This document shows, piece after piece, positions 47,414 through 57,120 of a stretch of DNA of 64,000 nucleotides. The position numbers and the translations under genes were made by a program. The notes below the pieces were generated by a model, which worked only from the letters and a program-made list of their open reading frames with translations, ran no database searches and was not told the origin of the DNA. This stretch comes from an uncultured Chloroflexia bacterium (GTDB taxonomy: Bacteria; Chloroflexota; Dehalococcoidia; DSTF01; JACRBR01). Position 1 is the first letter of the stretch. Each line of letters opens with the position of its first letter. The stretch is taken from the NCBI GenBank assembly GCA_963843685.1, contig CAWJLO010000006.1:41680-105679 (forward strand). The letters are read 5' to 3'.

Positions 47414-48709
47414 TCATGCGGGCTGCACCCCGGTGCGCGCCGCATCGGCGGCCGTCGCGGCCGGCAGCGACGGCACGTCGATGTCGGAGTAGTAGCGAAG
47501 GCGCGTCGGGAATCGCTCGAATTTCGGCGCAAGCAACCGCATGAAGGCGAAAATCGTCGCTCCGGCGAGCACATTGTTGATGATGACGTACAACGGGATC
47601 ACAATGCCGGCGCTCCACCCTGTCTCGTCCCAGATCAGCACTTCGGCGGCGACCAGCACGACGTTCAGGATGGCCATCGGCGTCATCCACTTCCACGCGA
47701 ACGCCAGCAGTTGGTCAATACGGAATCGCGGCAGCGTACCGCGCGTCCAGACGAAGAGGAAATACACCGTGTAGATCTTGCCAATGTAGATCATCCATCC
47801 GGGGACAATCTCGTCGAGTTTGTAGGCCCACCATCCGCCAAGGAACATCGTTGAGATAATGCCCGAGACGACGACGGCGTTGACCAGCTCGGCGGCGTAG
47901 AAGAGACCGAACTTCATGCCGGAGTACTCGGTGTGGTAGCCGCCCACGATCTCCGACTCGGCCTCGGCGATATCCGCCGGCGTCCGGTTCAACTCCGCCG
48001 AGACCGAGATGAAATAGATGAAGAACGGGAGCGGCTGAAGCAGCACCATCAGCACCCAGTACTTCTCCTGGAAGAGGACGATGCCCTCCAGGTTCATCGT
48101 GCCGGCGAAGAGCACGACGCCCAGAAGCGCGAGCACGATCGGGATCTCGTAGCTCACGAACATCGCGATGACGCGCATCGAGCCGAAGAGCGAGTACTTG
48201 TTGTTGGAGGCGTAGCCCGCCATGAAGACGGCCAGCGCGCCGAGCGAGGACGCCGCGAGCAGGAACAGCACACCGACGTCGAGCTGGGCGAGCGTCATGT
48301 TGCGGCCCCACGGCAGCACCGCCATCAGCACGATGCCGGGCGCCATGAACATGATCGGGGCAAAGGTAAAGATGAGTCCGTACGCGGTCTTCGGCTGCAG
48401 CACTTCCTTCTGCATCAGCTTGATCGCGTCGGCGACGGGCTGCAGCAGGCCGAACGGGCCCAGGCGGTTCGGCCCGAGACGCGACTGCATGCGGCCGACG
48501 ACGCGACGCTCGATCCAGATGTTGATGATCGCTACACCGCCGATGAACGAGACGATACCCGCCGCGCCGAGCAACCCGGAGACGACGTAGATCAGCCAGT
48601 GCGGGCCGTTGGCGTCGCTGATCAACTGCTCGATCTTGTGGCTGAGGTTCGACAGGTCGCGGATGTCGTACCAGCGCTTCGTGATGATCGTCAGCAGCAG
48701 TGCGTTCAT
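47414..48709 (-). CDS. nuoH: NADH-quinone oxidoreductase subunit H (with extra C-terminal TM/tail)
   Basis: 431 aa; ...IERRVVGRMQSRLGPNRLGPFGLLQPVADAIKLMQKE...TRGTLPRFRIDQLLAFAWKWMTPMAILN. An ATGA overlap joins it to the nuoD stop. An additional ~65-aa C-terminal segment carries a predicted TM helix (GIVIPLYVIINNVLAGATIFAFMRLL). Confidence 0.85.
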   Translation of the reverse strand: MNALLLTIITKRWYDIRDLSNLSHKIEQLISDANGPHWLIYVVSGLLGAAGIVSFIGGVAIINIWIERRVVGRMQSRLGPNRLGPFGLLQPVADAIKLMQKEVLQPKTAYGLIFTFAPIMFMAPGIVLMAVLPWGRNMTLAQLDVGVLFLLAASSLGALAVFMAGYASNNKYSLFGSMRVIAMFVSYEIPIVLALLGVVLFAGTMNLEGIVLFQEKYWVLMVLLQPLPFFIYFISVSAELNRTPADIAEAESEIVGGYHTEYSGMKFGLFYAAELVNAVVVSGIISTMFLGGWWAYKLDEIVPGWMIYIGKIYTVYFLFVWTRGTLPRFRIDQLLAFAWKWMTPMAILNVVLVAAEVLIWDETGWSAGIVIPLYVIINNVLAGATIFAFMRLLAPKFERFPTRLRYYSDIDVPSLPAATAADAARTGVQPA

Positions 48710-49812
48710 CGGTCAACCTCGCCGACGTTGATGTCGATGCTGCCGAGCGTCACGATGGCGTCGGCGATGGTCTTGCCGACGGTCATCTCCTTGAGGACGC
48801 TCAGGTTGATCAGCGAGGGGCTGCGCACGTGCCAGCGGTACGGCGCGGGGCCGCCGTCGCTGACGACGTAGAAGCCCAGCTCACCCTTCGGGGACTCGAC
48901 CCGCGAGTAGGCCTCGCCGGCCGGCGGCCGGATCGCGAGCGGCACATCAGTCTTGTGGAGACCGCCCGGGAGGTCGTGCACCGCCTGGCGGATGATACGC
49001 AGGCTCTGCTTCATCTCCTCGATCCGGATCAGCATGCGGTCATATGCGTCGCCGTTGTACCCGACGGGGATGTCGAACTTCATGCGGTCGTAGACGCAGT
49101 AAGGGTCGGCCTTGCGCGTGTCCCATGCGATGCCGGCCCCACGGAGCATCGGGCCCGTGAGCGAGGCATTGATCGCCATCTCCGGCGTGACGACGCCGAC
49201 ATCGCGCGCCCGCATCATGATGATCTCGTTGCCGACGAGGAGCTGGTCGTACTCCTCGAACCGGTACGGCAGATCGTCGTTCACTAGCTTGTCGAGCGCG
49301 GGCAGGAACTCGTCGGGAATGTCAAAGGCAACGCCGCCGATCCGCATGTAGTTGGTCGTCAGCCGGGCGCCACACGTCATCTCAAAGAGATCGAGCACCT
49401 TCTCGCGGTCGCGGAAGCAGTACATGACAGGCGTTTGCCAGGCGCCGCAGTCGTTGATGAAGGCGCCGGTGGCCATGCAATGGCTCGCGACGCGCTGCAA
49501 CTCCGAGAAGATGACGCGCAGGTATTGAGCGCGCTCCGGCACCTCGATGCCGGCGAGTTTTTCGACGGAGAGGCAGTATCCCAGGTTGCCCGTCATGGCC
49601 GCGAGGTAGTCCATGCGGTCCGTGAAGGGGATGTTCTGCGTGTAGGTGCGCTCCTCCGCGAGCTTCTCCATGCTGCGGTGCAGGTAGCCGACGACCATCT
49701 TCACGTCAACGATGCGTTCGCCGTCGATCTTCGCGACCATGCGAAACACCCCGTGCGTGCTCGGGTGCTGCGGTCCGATGTTGACCTCGACGGGAGCAGA
49801 CGTAATCGGCAC
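48706..49812 (-). CDS. nuoD: NADH-quinone oxidoreductase subunit D
   Basis: 368 aa; ...NIGPQHPSTHGVFRMVAKIDGERIVD...GYLHRSMEKLAE..., 49-kDa subunit. Confidence 0.85.
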   Translation of the reverse strand: MPITSAPVEVNIGPQHPSTHGVFRMVAKIDGERIVDVKMVVGYLHRSMEKLAEERTYTQNIPFTDRMDYLAAMTGNLGYCLSVEKLAGIEVPERAQYLRVIFSELQRVASHCMATGAFINDCGAWQTPVMYCFRDREKVLDLFEMTCGARLTTNYMRIGGVAFDIPDEFLPALDKLVNDDLPYRFEEYDQLLVGNEIIMMRARDVGVVTPEMAINASLTGPMLRGAGIAWDTRKADPYCVYDRMKFDIPVGYNGDAYDRMLIRIEEMKQSLRIIRQAVHDLPGGLHKTDVPLAIRPPAGEAYSRVESPKGELGFYVVSDGGPAPYRWHVRSPSLINLSVLKEMTVGKTIADAIVTLGSIDINVGEVDR

Positions 49813-49833
49813 GAAAGTCCTTCTCGCGCCCGG

Positions 49834-50415
49834 CTAGACCCCGGTGCCGGGGTGCTTCGGGCGAAACTCCTGTCCCGTCTGGCCCGGGACCTGCTTCGGG
49901 AACTGGCTCAGCCCGGACTTCTGGCCGCCGGGCATGGCCATGAAGTCCTTGCGCAACGGATGGCCCGGGAACTGCTCCCAGAGAAACAGCCGCGTGAGCG
50001 CGGGGTGTCCCGTGAAACGCACGCCCATCAGGTCGTACACCTCCCGCTCCTGGAGCCAAGCGCCGATCCATAACGCCGAAATTGATGGCACCTCCGGCTG
50101 CTCGTGGTCCGCCGGCACCTTCACCTCGAAGATGTGGTTCTGCGCCAACGACGAGAAGTGATACACGACGTCCATCCGCGTGACCACATCGACGCTGCAG
50201 AGCTGAACCAGGAACTTGCCGTCGAGCACGGCGTCGTCACGCACGGCGCGCATGGCTTCGAACGCGTGCTCGGGCTCGAGCACAACGTAAGCGTCGTGTA
50301 CGTCACGCACGGCGGCGGGGACGGTCACACGGATGCGCTCGGCCACGAACGCCCCGGGGAGTGTCACCGTCGCGGGGTTCGGCACTACAACCACTCCATG
50401 GCGCGCTTCCGCCAT
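49834..50415 (-). CDS. nuoC: NADH-quinone oxidoreductase subunit C
   Basis: ...VDVVTRMDVVYHFSSL...PSISALWIGAWLQEREVYDLMGVRFTGHPALTRLFL..., 30-kDa subunit. The ATG at 50415 overlaps nuoA by 31 nt. An in-frame GTG at 50385 (GGAG 8 nt upstream, TAGTG 1-nt overlap with the nuoA stop) may be the true start. No nuoB lies between nuoA and nuoC. Confidence 0.8.
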   Translation of the reverse strand: MAEARHGVVVVPNPATVTLPGAFVAERIRVTVPAAVRDVHDAYVVLEPEHAFEAMRAVRDDAVLDGKFLVQLCSVDVVTRMDVVYHFSSLAQNHIFEVKVPADHEQPEVPSISALWIGAWLQEREVYDLMGVRFTGHPALTRLFLWEQFPGHPLRKDFMAMPGGQKSGLSQFPKQVPGQTGQEFRPKHPGTGV

Positions 50416-50756
50416 GCGTAGGCGTAGCCGACGCCGAGGATAGCGATGAAGATCAACGCCTCCACGAACGCATACACCCCCAGGTGCCGGTAAGCGGCGG
50501 CCCAGGGATAGAGAAAGACGGCCTCCACGTCGAAGACGACGAAGAGCAGGGCGAACAGGTAGTAGCGCACGTTGTACCGGACGTGGGCATCACCGATGGG
50601 GACCATGCCGCACTCGTAGACCGACTCTTTGACCGGGTCGGGGCGGCGCGGGCGGATATGGAAAATGCCGAGAGCAACCGACGCCACGATGGGGATGAGC
50701 GGGAACGCGACAGCAAAGATCAGCAGGAATCCGGCTCGGCCAAACTGCTCGATCAC
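50385..50756 (-). CDS. nuoA: NADH-quinone oxidoreductase subunit A
   Basis: 123 aa (GTG start); ...PIVASVALGIF...KESVYECGM...YYLFALLFVVFDVEAVFLYPWA, ND3 family. Confidence 0.85.
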   Translation of the reverse strand: MIEQFGRAGFLLIFAVAFPLIPIVASVALGIFHIRPRRPDPVKESVYECGMVPIGDAHVRYNVRYYLFALLFVVFDVEAVFLYPWAAAYRHLGVYAFVEALIFIAILGVGYAYAWRKRAMEWL

Positions 50757-50790
50757 GGGATTCGACCCCCCGCCGGCGACACTTTGTGAA

Positions 50791-50819
50791 TTTCTACGCT
50801 ATCCGAAGCGGGATCGTAA
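50791..50819 (-). promoter_or_regulatory. candidate sigma70-type promoter for the nuo operon (TTACGA-N17-TAGAAA)
   Basis: On the minus strand ~40 nt upstream of the nuoA GTG: TTACGA, a 17-nt spacer, TAGAAA(T). Sequence-only; no TSS evidence. Confidence 0.25.
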
Positions 50820-51010
50820 CACAGCCCCCAATACCGGACAACACGCGCCACGCCGAAGCTGCAGCGGGCCGCATCGAGGGCGGCCCACTAGGAATCCGCG
50901 ACGCAGTCTCTGAGAAAGTGCCCGTAAGGCCCTCCCTCCTCTCAAGTCAGGGATTCCCCTGCCGATAGCTCAAATAGCTAGAGAAGGAATCACACCCTGA
51001 GGAGGACCGC

Positions 51011-51097
51011 ATGACCCGCTTCATCCCGACCGCGCTTGTTGCTCTGACGATCCTGGCGGCGACCGCCGCGATGGTCGCGCCGTGGACCTGGGGCTGA
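51011..51097 (+). CDS. 28-aa hydrophobic peptide (single TM) with canonical Shine-Dalgarno
   Basis: GGAGGA, 4 nt, ATG: MTRFIPTALVALTILAATAAMVAPWTWG*. Below the 60-aa ORF-track threshold. A strong GC hairpin follows 28 nt later. Confidence 0.5.
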   Translation: MTRFIPTALVALTILAATAAMVAPWTWG

Positions 51098-51124
51098 TCG
51101 GCAGTATCGCCCCGAAAGACACGG

Positions 51125-51152
51125 GATGCCCCCGCCAGCCGGCGGGGGCATC
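51125..51152 (+). terminator. perfect 12-bp GC-rich hairpin (GATGCCCCCGCC-AGCC-GGCGGGGGCATC) followed by TCATTTCC; intrinsic terminator/attenuator candidate
   Basis: The inverted repeat is read directly from the sequence. It lies between the 28-aa peptide ORF and the downstream membrane-protein gene, and the ORF track's 51126 start would translate it as PPPAGGG. Confidence 0.45.
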
Positions 51153-51224
51153 TCATTTCCGTCTCCGTGGGTCGATACTTCTTCGCCGGTCGGCCAGGGT
51201 CGTAGTCCGGGAGGCCCTCGCTTG

Positions 51225-51794
51225 ATGCACCGCCGTACAGCCGCGATGAGCGCCACACTGGCGATTGGCCTGGTGGCCGCCCAGCTGGGAGCGGTGCATT
51301 TCGCCACCTCTTCCCTGCTGGTCCGCGTTGTGCTGCCTGCAACCGTCGCCCTCGTGCCGGCGGCTCTCTGGGCTCATCGCCGCAACGTCGGTGTGTGGGT
51401 GATGTACGTCGGGCTGGCCGCGAACCTGGCGGCGATCCTCGCCAACGGCGGCCTGATGCCCATCCGTCGCTCGACCGTCGCCGAGGCGATCGGGTCCGAC
51501 CGTGCCGCCAGCTACCGCGCCGGTGGATGGGTTACTCACACGAAGGACGTACTCGTCGAAGACGGCGAGGGCCACCTGCTCGCGCTCGGCGACGGCATCG
51601 TCGTGCCTATGGGCGAAAACGGGATCGTGGCGAGCCCGGGCGACCTCGTCGTGCTGGCGGGGATCATGGTGCTCGCAGGGGAATATGTCTGGCGACGCCA
51701 GCGTCATCGCGGTGCTGCCAGTCGCTCGATCGAGACGCCGCCCGCGTCTGTGCGCACCAGCGGGGCGGAGGGAGGCGCAGCCACGTCGCCGTGA
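51225..51794 (+). CDS. hypothetical membrane protein (about 4 TM, possibly DUF5317-like)
   Basis: ATG 51225 (GGGAGG 9 nt upstream): MHRRTAAMSATLAIGLVAAQLGAVHFATSSLLVRVVLPATVALVPAALWAHRRNVGVWVMYVGLAANLAAILANGGLMP...LGDGIVVPMGENGIVASPGDLVVLAGIMVLAG... The ORF-track start 51126 is rejected because it overlaps the hairpin. Confidence 0.55.
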   Translation: MHRRTAAMSATLAIGLVAAQLGAVHFATSSLLVRVVLPATVALVPAALWAHRRNVGVWVMYVGLAANLAAILANGGLMPIRRSTVAEAIGSDRAASYRAGGWVTHTKDVLVEDGEGHLLALGDGIVVPMGENGIVASPGDLVVLAGIMVLAGEYVWRRQRHRGAASRSIETPPASVRTSGAEGGAATSP

Positions 51795-52006
51795 TGCGCC
51801 ACCCCGCCACCAATTCGGACTCCTGCGACAGCGAGGGCAAGATCCATCGCAGCGGTCCACACCCCATAGTATGGCGGCGTTCTGACCACGCTCTCACCAC
51901 CTGTGACGGTCAGAAGCAAGAATCGCCGCCCACACAGATTCGTAAGAACGAAGCGGCCCGGACGAACGTCCGGGCCGCTTGACATCCTCTGTCCACATCC
52001 CGCCCG

Positions 52007-52291
<285 letters not shown>

Positions 52292-52499
52292 GGCGGTGGT
52301 GCTCCTTGTGCTTTCCGTCGCAAAGTTCGACGGCATTGTATGAGGCGCCCTGCCGCAGTGGAAGTAGTTTTCGAAACTCATTACTTGTTTTATCCCCATT
52401 TCGACCGGACTGGCGCCGAGCGGCGCCAACCGAGAACCGCAGGGGGCTCATAGGCGTACACTGACATTGACCACAAGCCGCAGCGGGTCGGGAGGAACG

Positions 52500-52952
52500 A
52501 TGATCAGCGTTGGACAGCAGGCGCCAGATTTCGACTTGGAAGACGAGCGCGGAAACCGCGTGCGGTTGGCCGATTTCCGCGGGAAATCATCGGTGGTGCT
52601 GATGTTCTACCCGGCTGACAACACGCCGGGCTGCACGAAGCAGCTCTGCACCGCGCGCGACGACTACGATAAGTACGTGGCCGCCGGCGTCGCGGTGTTT
52701 GGCGTCAATCCGGGCAGTGCCTCGGCGCACCAGAAGTTCGCGGAGAAGCACGGATTCAAGACGCCGCTGCTGCTGGATGGCGGAGGCAAGGTGTCACGCG
52801 CGTACGACGCCCTGATGCCCATCCCGCTGCTGACGATCGTCAACCGCACCGTCGTCGGCATCGACCGTGACGGCGTCGTCCGTTTCTACGAGCGCGGCAT
52901 GCCGGGCACGAACACGATCCTGGGCGCGATGGCCGCAGCTCCCATCTCTTGA
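52500..52952 (+). CDS. bcp: peroxiredoxin Bcp (thioredoxin-dependent thiol peroxidase, AhpC/TSA family)
   Basis: ATG 52500 (GGGAGG 5 nt upstream): MISVGQQAPDFDLEDERGNRVRLADFRGKSSVVLMFYPADNTPGCTKQLCTARD... (peroxidatic Cys in PGCT). Confidence 0.85.
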   Translation: MISVGQQAPDFDLEDERGNRVRLADFRGKSSVVLMFYPADNTPGCTKQLCTARDDYDKYVAAGVAVFGVNPGSASAHQKFAEKHGFKTPLLLDGGGKVSRAYDALMPIPLLTIVNRTVVGIDRDGVVRFYERGMPGTNTILGAMAAAPIS

Positions 52953-52959
52953 ACGCGGC

Positions 52960-54549
<1,590 letters not shown>

Positions 54550-54750
54550 GGGAGTGTTGCTCCTGAGTTCTCGCCAGTGTGCCACCGGCGAATCGGCTCG
54601 TCTATCGAGTGAGTGACAGGCGGCCGATGGCGCCCCGCGGCGATGAACCGCGGGTTGTGCGCACCTCTGGAGTGAACAGGTCGATCATGACGGGGCCATC
54701 ATAACACGCGGGAGCGCTGTCGCTTCAGCCCGCGCGACGAGTGCCTTACC

Positions 54751-56967
54751 ATGGCCTGCATGGGAGAAGACACATCAGGCGCTCCCGGCGAAGATGACGC
54801 CCCCGAGAGCGTAACCGGAGGAGGGGGACGGCTGTCGTCGCAATGGATTCGGCTGCGACGACGGCCGATGGCGCCTCGGCGCGATGCGGAGCCCGGGCGC
54901 TCGGCGGACACCGTCACCCCCCGGGCGCGCGACGAAGAGGCAGAACGTGACCGCCCGCGTCAGCGGCCGGAGTTCCACCCGGAGAGCCAGGCGGAGATCT
55001 ATCGCGGCGCCAAGCCCGGGTCGCGCTACGCCAAGATGACACGCGCGTCGGAGCGACAGTTCGAGCGCGGCGAGCAGGAGGGGACGATTCGCGCCACGCA
55101 GCGCGCGGACGTCCCCCGTACGGCGGTCGGGCGCGGCTGGCGCGCATTCAAGCGCGTGCTCGTCGGGACCCCCCTGGCGTCGTCCGAGCTGGAAGAGCAG
55201 AAGCTCTCGAAGGTCAAGGCGCTCGCTATCTTCGCCTCGGACGCGCTCTCGTCCACCGCGTACGCCACCGAAGAGATCCTCCTGGTGCTGATCCTTGCCG
55301 GCACCGCTGCGCTCACGTACAGCATCGAGATCAGCATCGCCATCGCGGCGCTGCTGCTCATCGTGGCGACGTCGTACCGGCAGACCATCCGCGCCTATCC
55401 CAATGGCGGCGGCGCATACAAGGTCGCCATGGACAACCTCGGCGTCGCGCCCGGGCTGATCGCGGGCGCGTCGCTCGTCGTCGACTACACGCTGACGGTG
55501 GCAGTGAGCACGGCCGCCGGCGTGGCCGCGATCACCTCGGCGATCCCGGAGCTGCATAGCGAGCGCGTGATCCTCGCCGTCGCCTTCGTTGCCCTCCTGA
55601 CCGTCGGCAACCTGCGCGGCATCCGCGAGTCCGGGACGATGTTCGCCATCCCAACCTACTGTTTTCTCGTTGCGTTCGCGACCATGATCATCGTCGGCCT
55701 CGTGCGCGTGGCGATCGGGGGCATCGACCACGTGCCGCATCAGGACTCAATCGCGCCGGGCACCGCCTCACTGGGTGTGTTCCTCATCCTGCGGGCGTTC
55801 TCGTCAGGCGCAACGGCCCTCACCGGCATCGAGGCGATCTCCAACGGCGTGCCGGCGTTCAAGGATCCGGCGCCGAAGAACGCGGCCACGACGCTGACGT
55901 GGATGGCCGTGATCCTGACAACGATCTTCGTGAGCATCACGGTGCTGGCGCACGAGATCGGCGTACAGCCGTCCGAAACGAAGACGGTCGTCGCGCAGAT
56001 CGCGGACGCCGTGTTCGGCGGCGGACCGATGTTCTACGTGGTGCAGGTGACGACCGCCCTGATCCTCGTGTTGGCCGCGAACACGAGCTTCGCGGGCCTG
56101 CCCGCGCTGGCGTCGGTCATGGCGCAGGACCGCTACATCCCCCGCATCTTCGCGTTCCGGGGCGACCGGCTCGGCTATTCGAACGGCATCGTCGTGCTGG
56201 CGATCGCATCCATGGCGCTGCTCGTGGTGTTCGGCGCCGACACACACAGGTTGATCCCGCTGTACGCACTGGGCGTGTTCGTGGGATTCACCCTGTCGCA
56301 GACCGGCATGGTTCTGCACTGGCGCGGCACGCGCGAGCCCGGGTGGCGCCGCGCCATGCTCATTAACGGCGTCGGCGCCGTGTCGACGGGAGTGGTAGCG
56401 TTGATCGTCGCCGGGACCAAATTCTCACACGGCGCCTGGCTGACCATCTCCGCCATCATCCTGCTTACGCTGCTGTTCATGCAGATCGGCCGCCACTATC
56501 GACGGGTGCAGGAAGAGCTGCGCGTCGACGACGACTCGCTAATCCTCGACCGTGCGTCTGCGAAGCGCGGCCAGCCGGTGCTCATGCCCGTCGACGAGCT
56601 GAACCGCGCCACCGCCCGCGCACTGGCCTATGCGCGCTCCATCTCCTCGAACGTCACCGCGTTGCACGTGACCGACGACGTGGTCGACGCCGCCGCCCTC
56701 CGCGAGCAGTGGGCGCAGACGGTGCTGGACGTGCCGCTGGTTCTCGTGGAGTCCGCGTACCGCTCTCTGCTCGGCCCAGTGCTGGCGTACGTGGATGCGC
56801 TCGATCGCACGGATCCGGCCGTCGTCGTCACCGTCGTGCTGCCCGAATACGTGGCCCACTGGCCGTGGCAGCGCCTGCTTCACAACCAGTCGTCCCAGAA
56901 GCTGAAGCGCGCACTGTTGGACCGGCCGAACACGGTCGTCATCGAAGTGCCGTACCACCTGGATTAG
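54751..56967 (+). CDS. APC-superfamily amino-acid/polyamine permease with conserved N-terminal cytoplasmic extension and C-terminal Usp-like domain (paralog 1)
   Basis: 12-TM APC core (..ALAIFASDALSSTAYATEEILLVL...GGGAYKVAMDNLG...). The N-terminal region (EIYRGAKPGSRYAKMTRASERQFERGEQEGTIRATQRA) is shared with paralog 2. The ~230-aa C-terminal domain is alpha/beta (PVLMPVDELNRATARALAYARSISSNVTALHVTDD...VVVTVVLPEY...TVVIEVPY). Start codon uncertain (54751-54870). Confidence 0.75.
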   Translation: MACMGEDTSGAPGEDDAPESVTGGGGRLSSQWIRLRRRPMAPRRDAEPGRSADTVTPRARDEEAERDRPRQRPEFHPESQAEIYRGAKPGSRYAKMTRASERQFERGEQEGTIRATQRADVPRTAVGRGWRAFKRVLVGTPLASSELEEQKLSKVKALAIFASDALSSTAYATEEILLVLILAGTAALTYSIEISIAIAALLLIVATSYRQTIRAYPNGGGAYKVAMDNLGVAPGLIAGASLVVDYTLTVAVSTAAGVAAITSAIPELHSERVILAVAFVALLTVGNLRGIRESGTMFAIPTYCFLVAFATMIIVGLVRVAIGGIDHVPHQDSIAPGTASLGVFLILRAFSSGATALTGIEAISNGVPAFKDPAPKNAATTLTWMAVILTTIFVSITVLAHEIGVQPSETKTVVAQIADAVFGGGPMFYVVQVTTALILVLAANTSFAGLPALASVMAQDRYIPRIFAFRGDRLGYSNGIVVLAIASMALLVVFGADTHRLIPLYALGVFVGFTLSQTGMVLHWRGTREPGWRRAMLINGVGAVSTGVVALIVAGTKFSHGAWLTISAIILLTLLFMQIGRHYRRVQEELRVDDDSLILDRASAKRGQPVLMPVDELNRATARALAYARSISSNVTALHVTDDVVDAAALREQWAQTVLDVPLVLVESAYRSLLGPVLAYVDALDRTDPAVVVTVVLPEYVAHWPWQRLLHNQSSQKLKRALLDRPNTVVIEVPYHLD

Positions 56968-57120
56968 AAATTTCCAGTGGTCTTTGCGGGACCACCTCGC
57001 CGGCGGTAGGCTTGCTGATCGTCTATCAAGGCGGAACCTTGCAGAACACCAACGCGCGCTCCGGTCCCCGGCCAGGAGCAAACCACCTCCACATCGGGTC
57101 TCACGCCCGGCCGAGGCACG

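Noticed and set aside
51126-51224. ORF-track start of the membrane protein at 51126 (MPPPAGGGISF...)
   Set aside because: These codons are the two arms of the 12-bp GC hairpin (PPPAGGG). A consensus RBS plus ATG at 51225 is the more plausible start.
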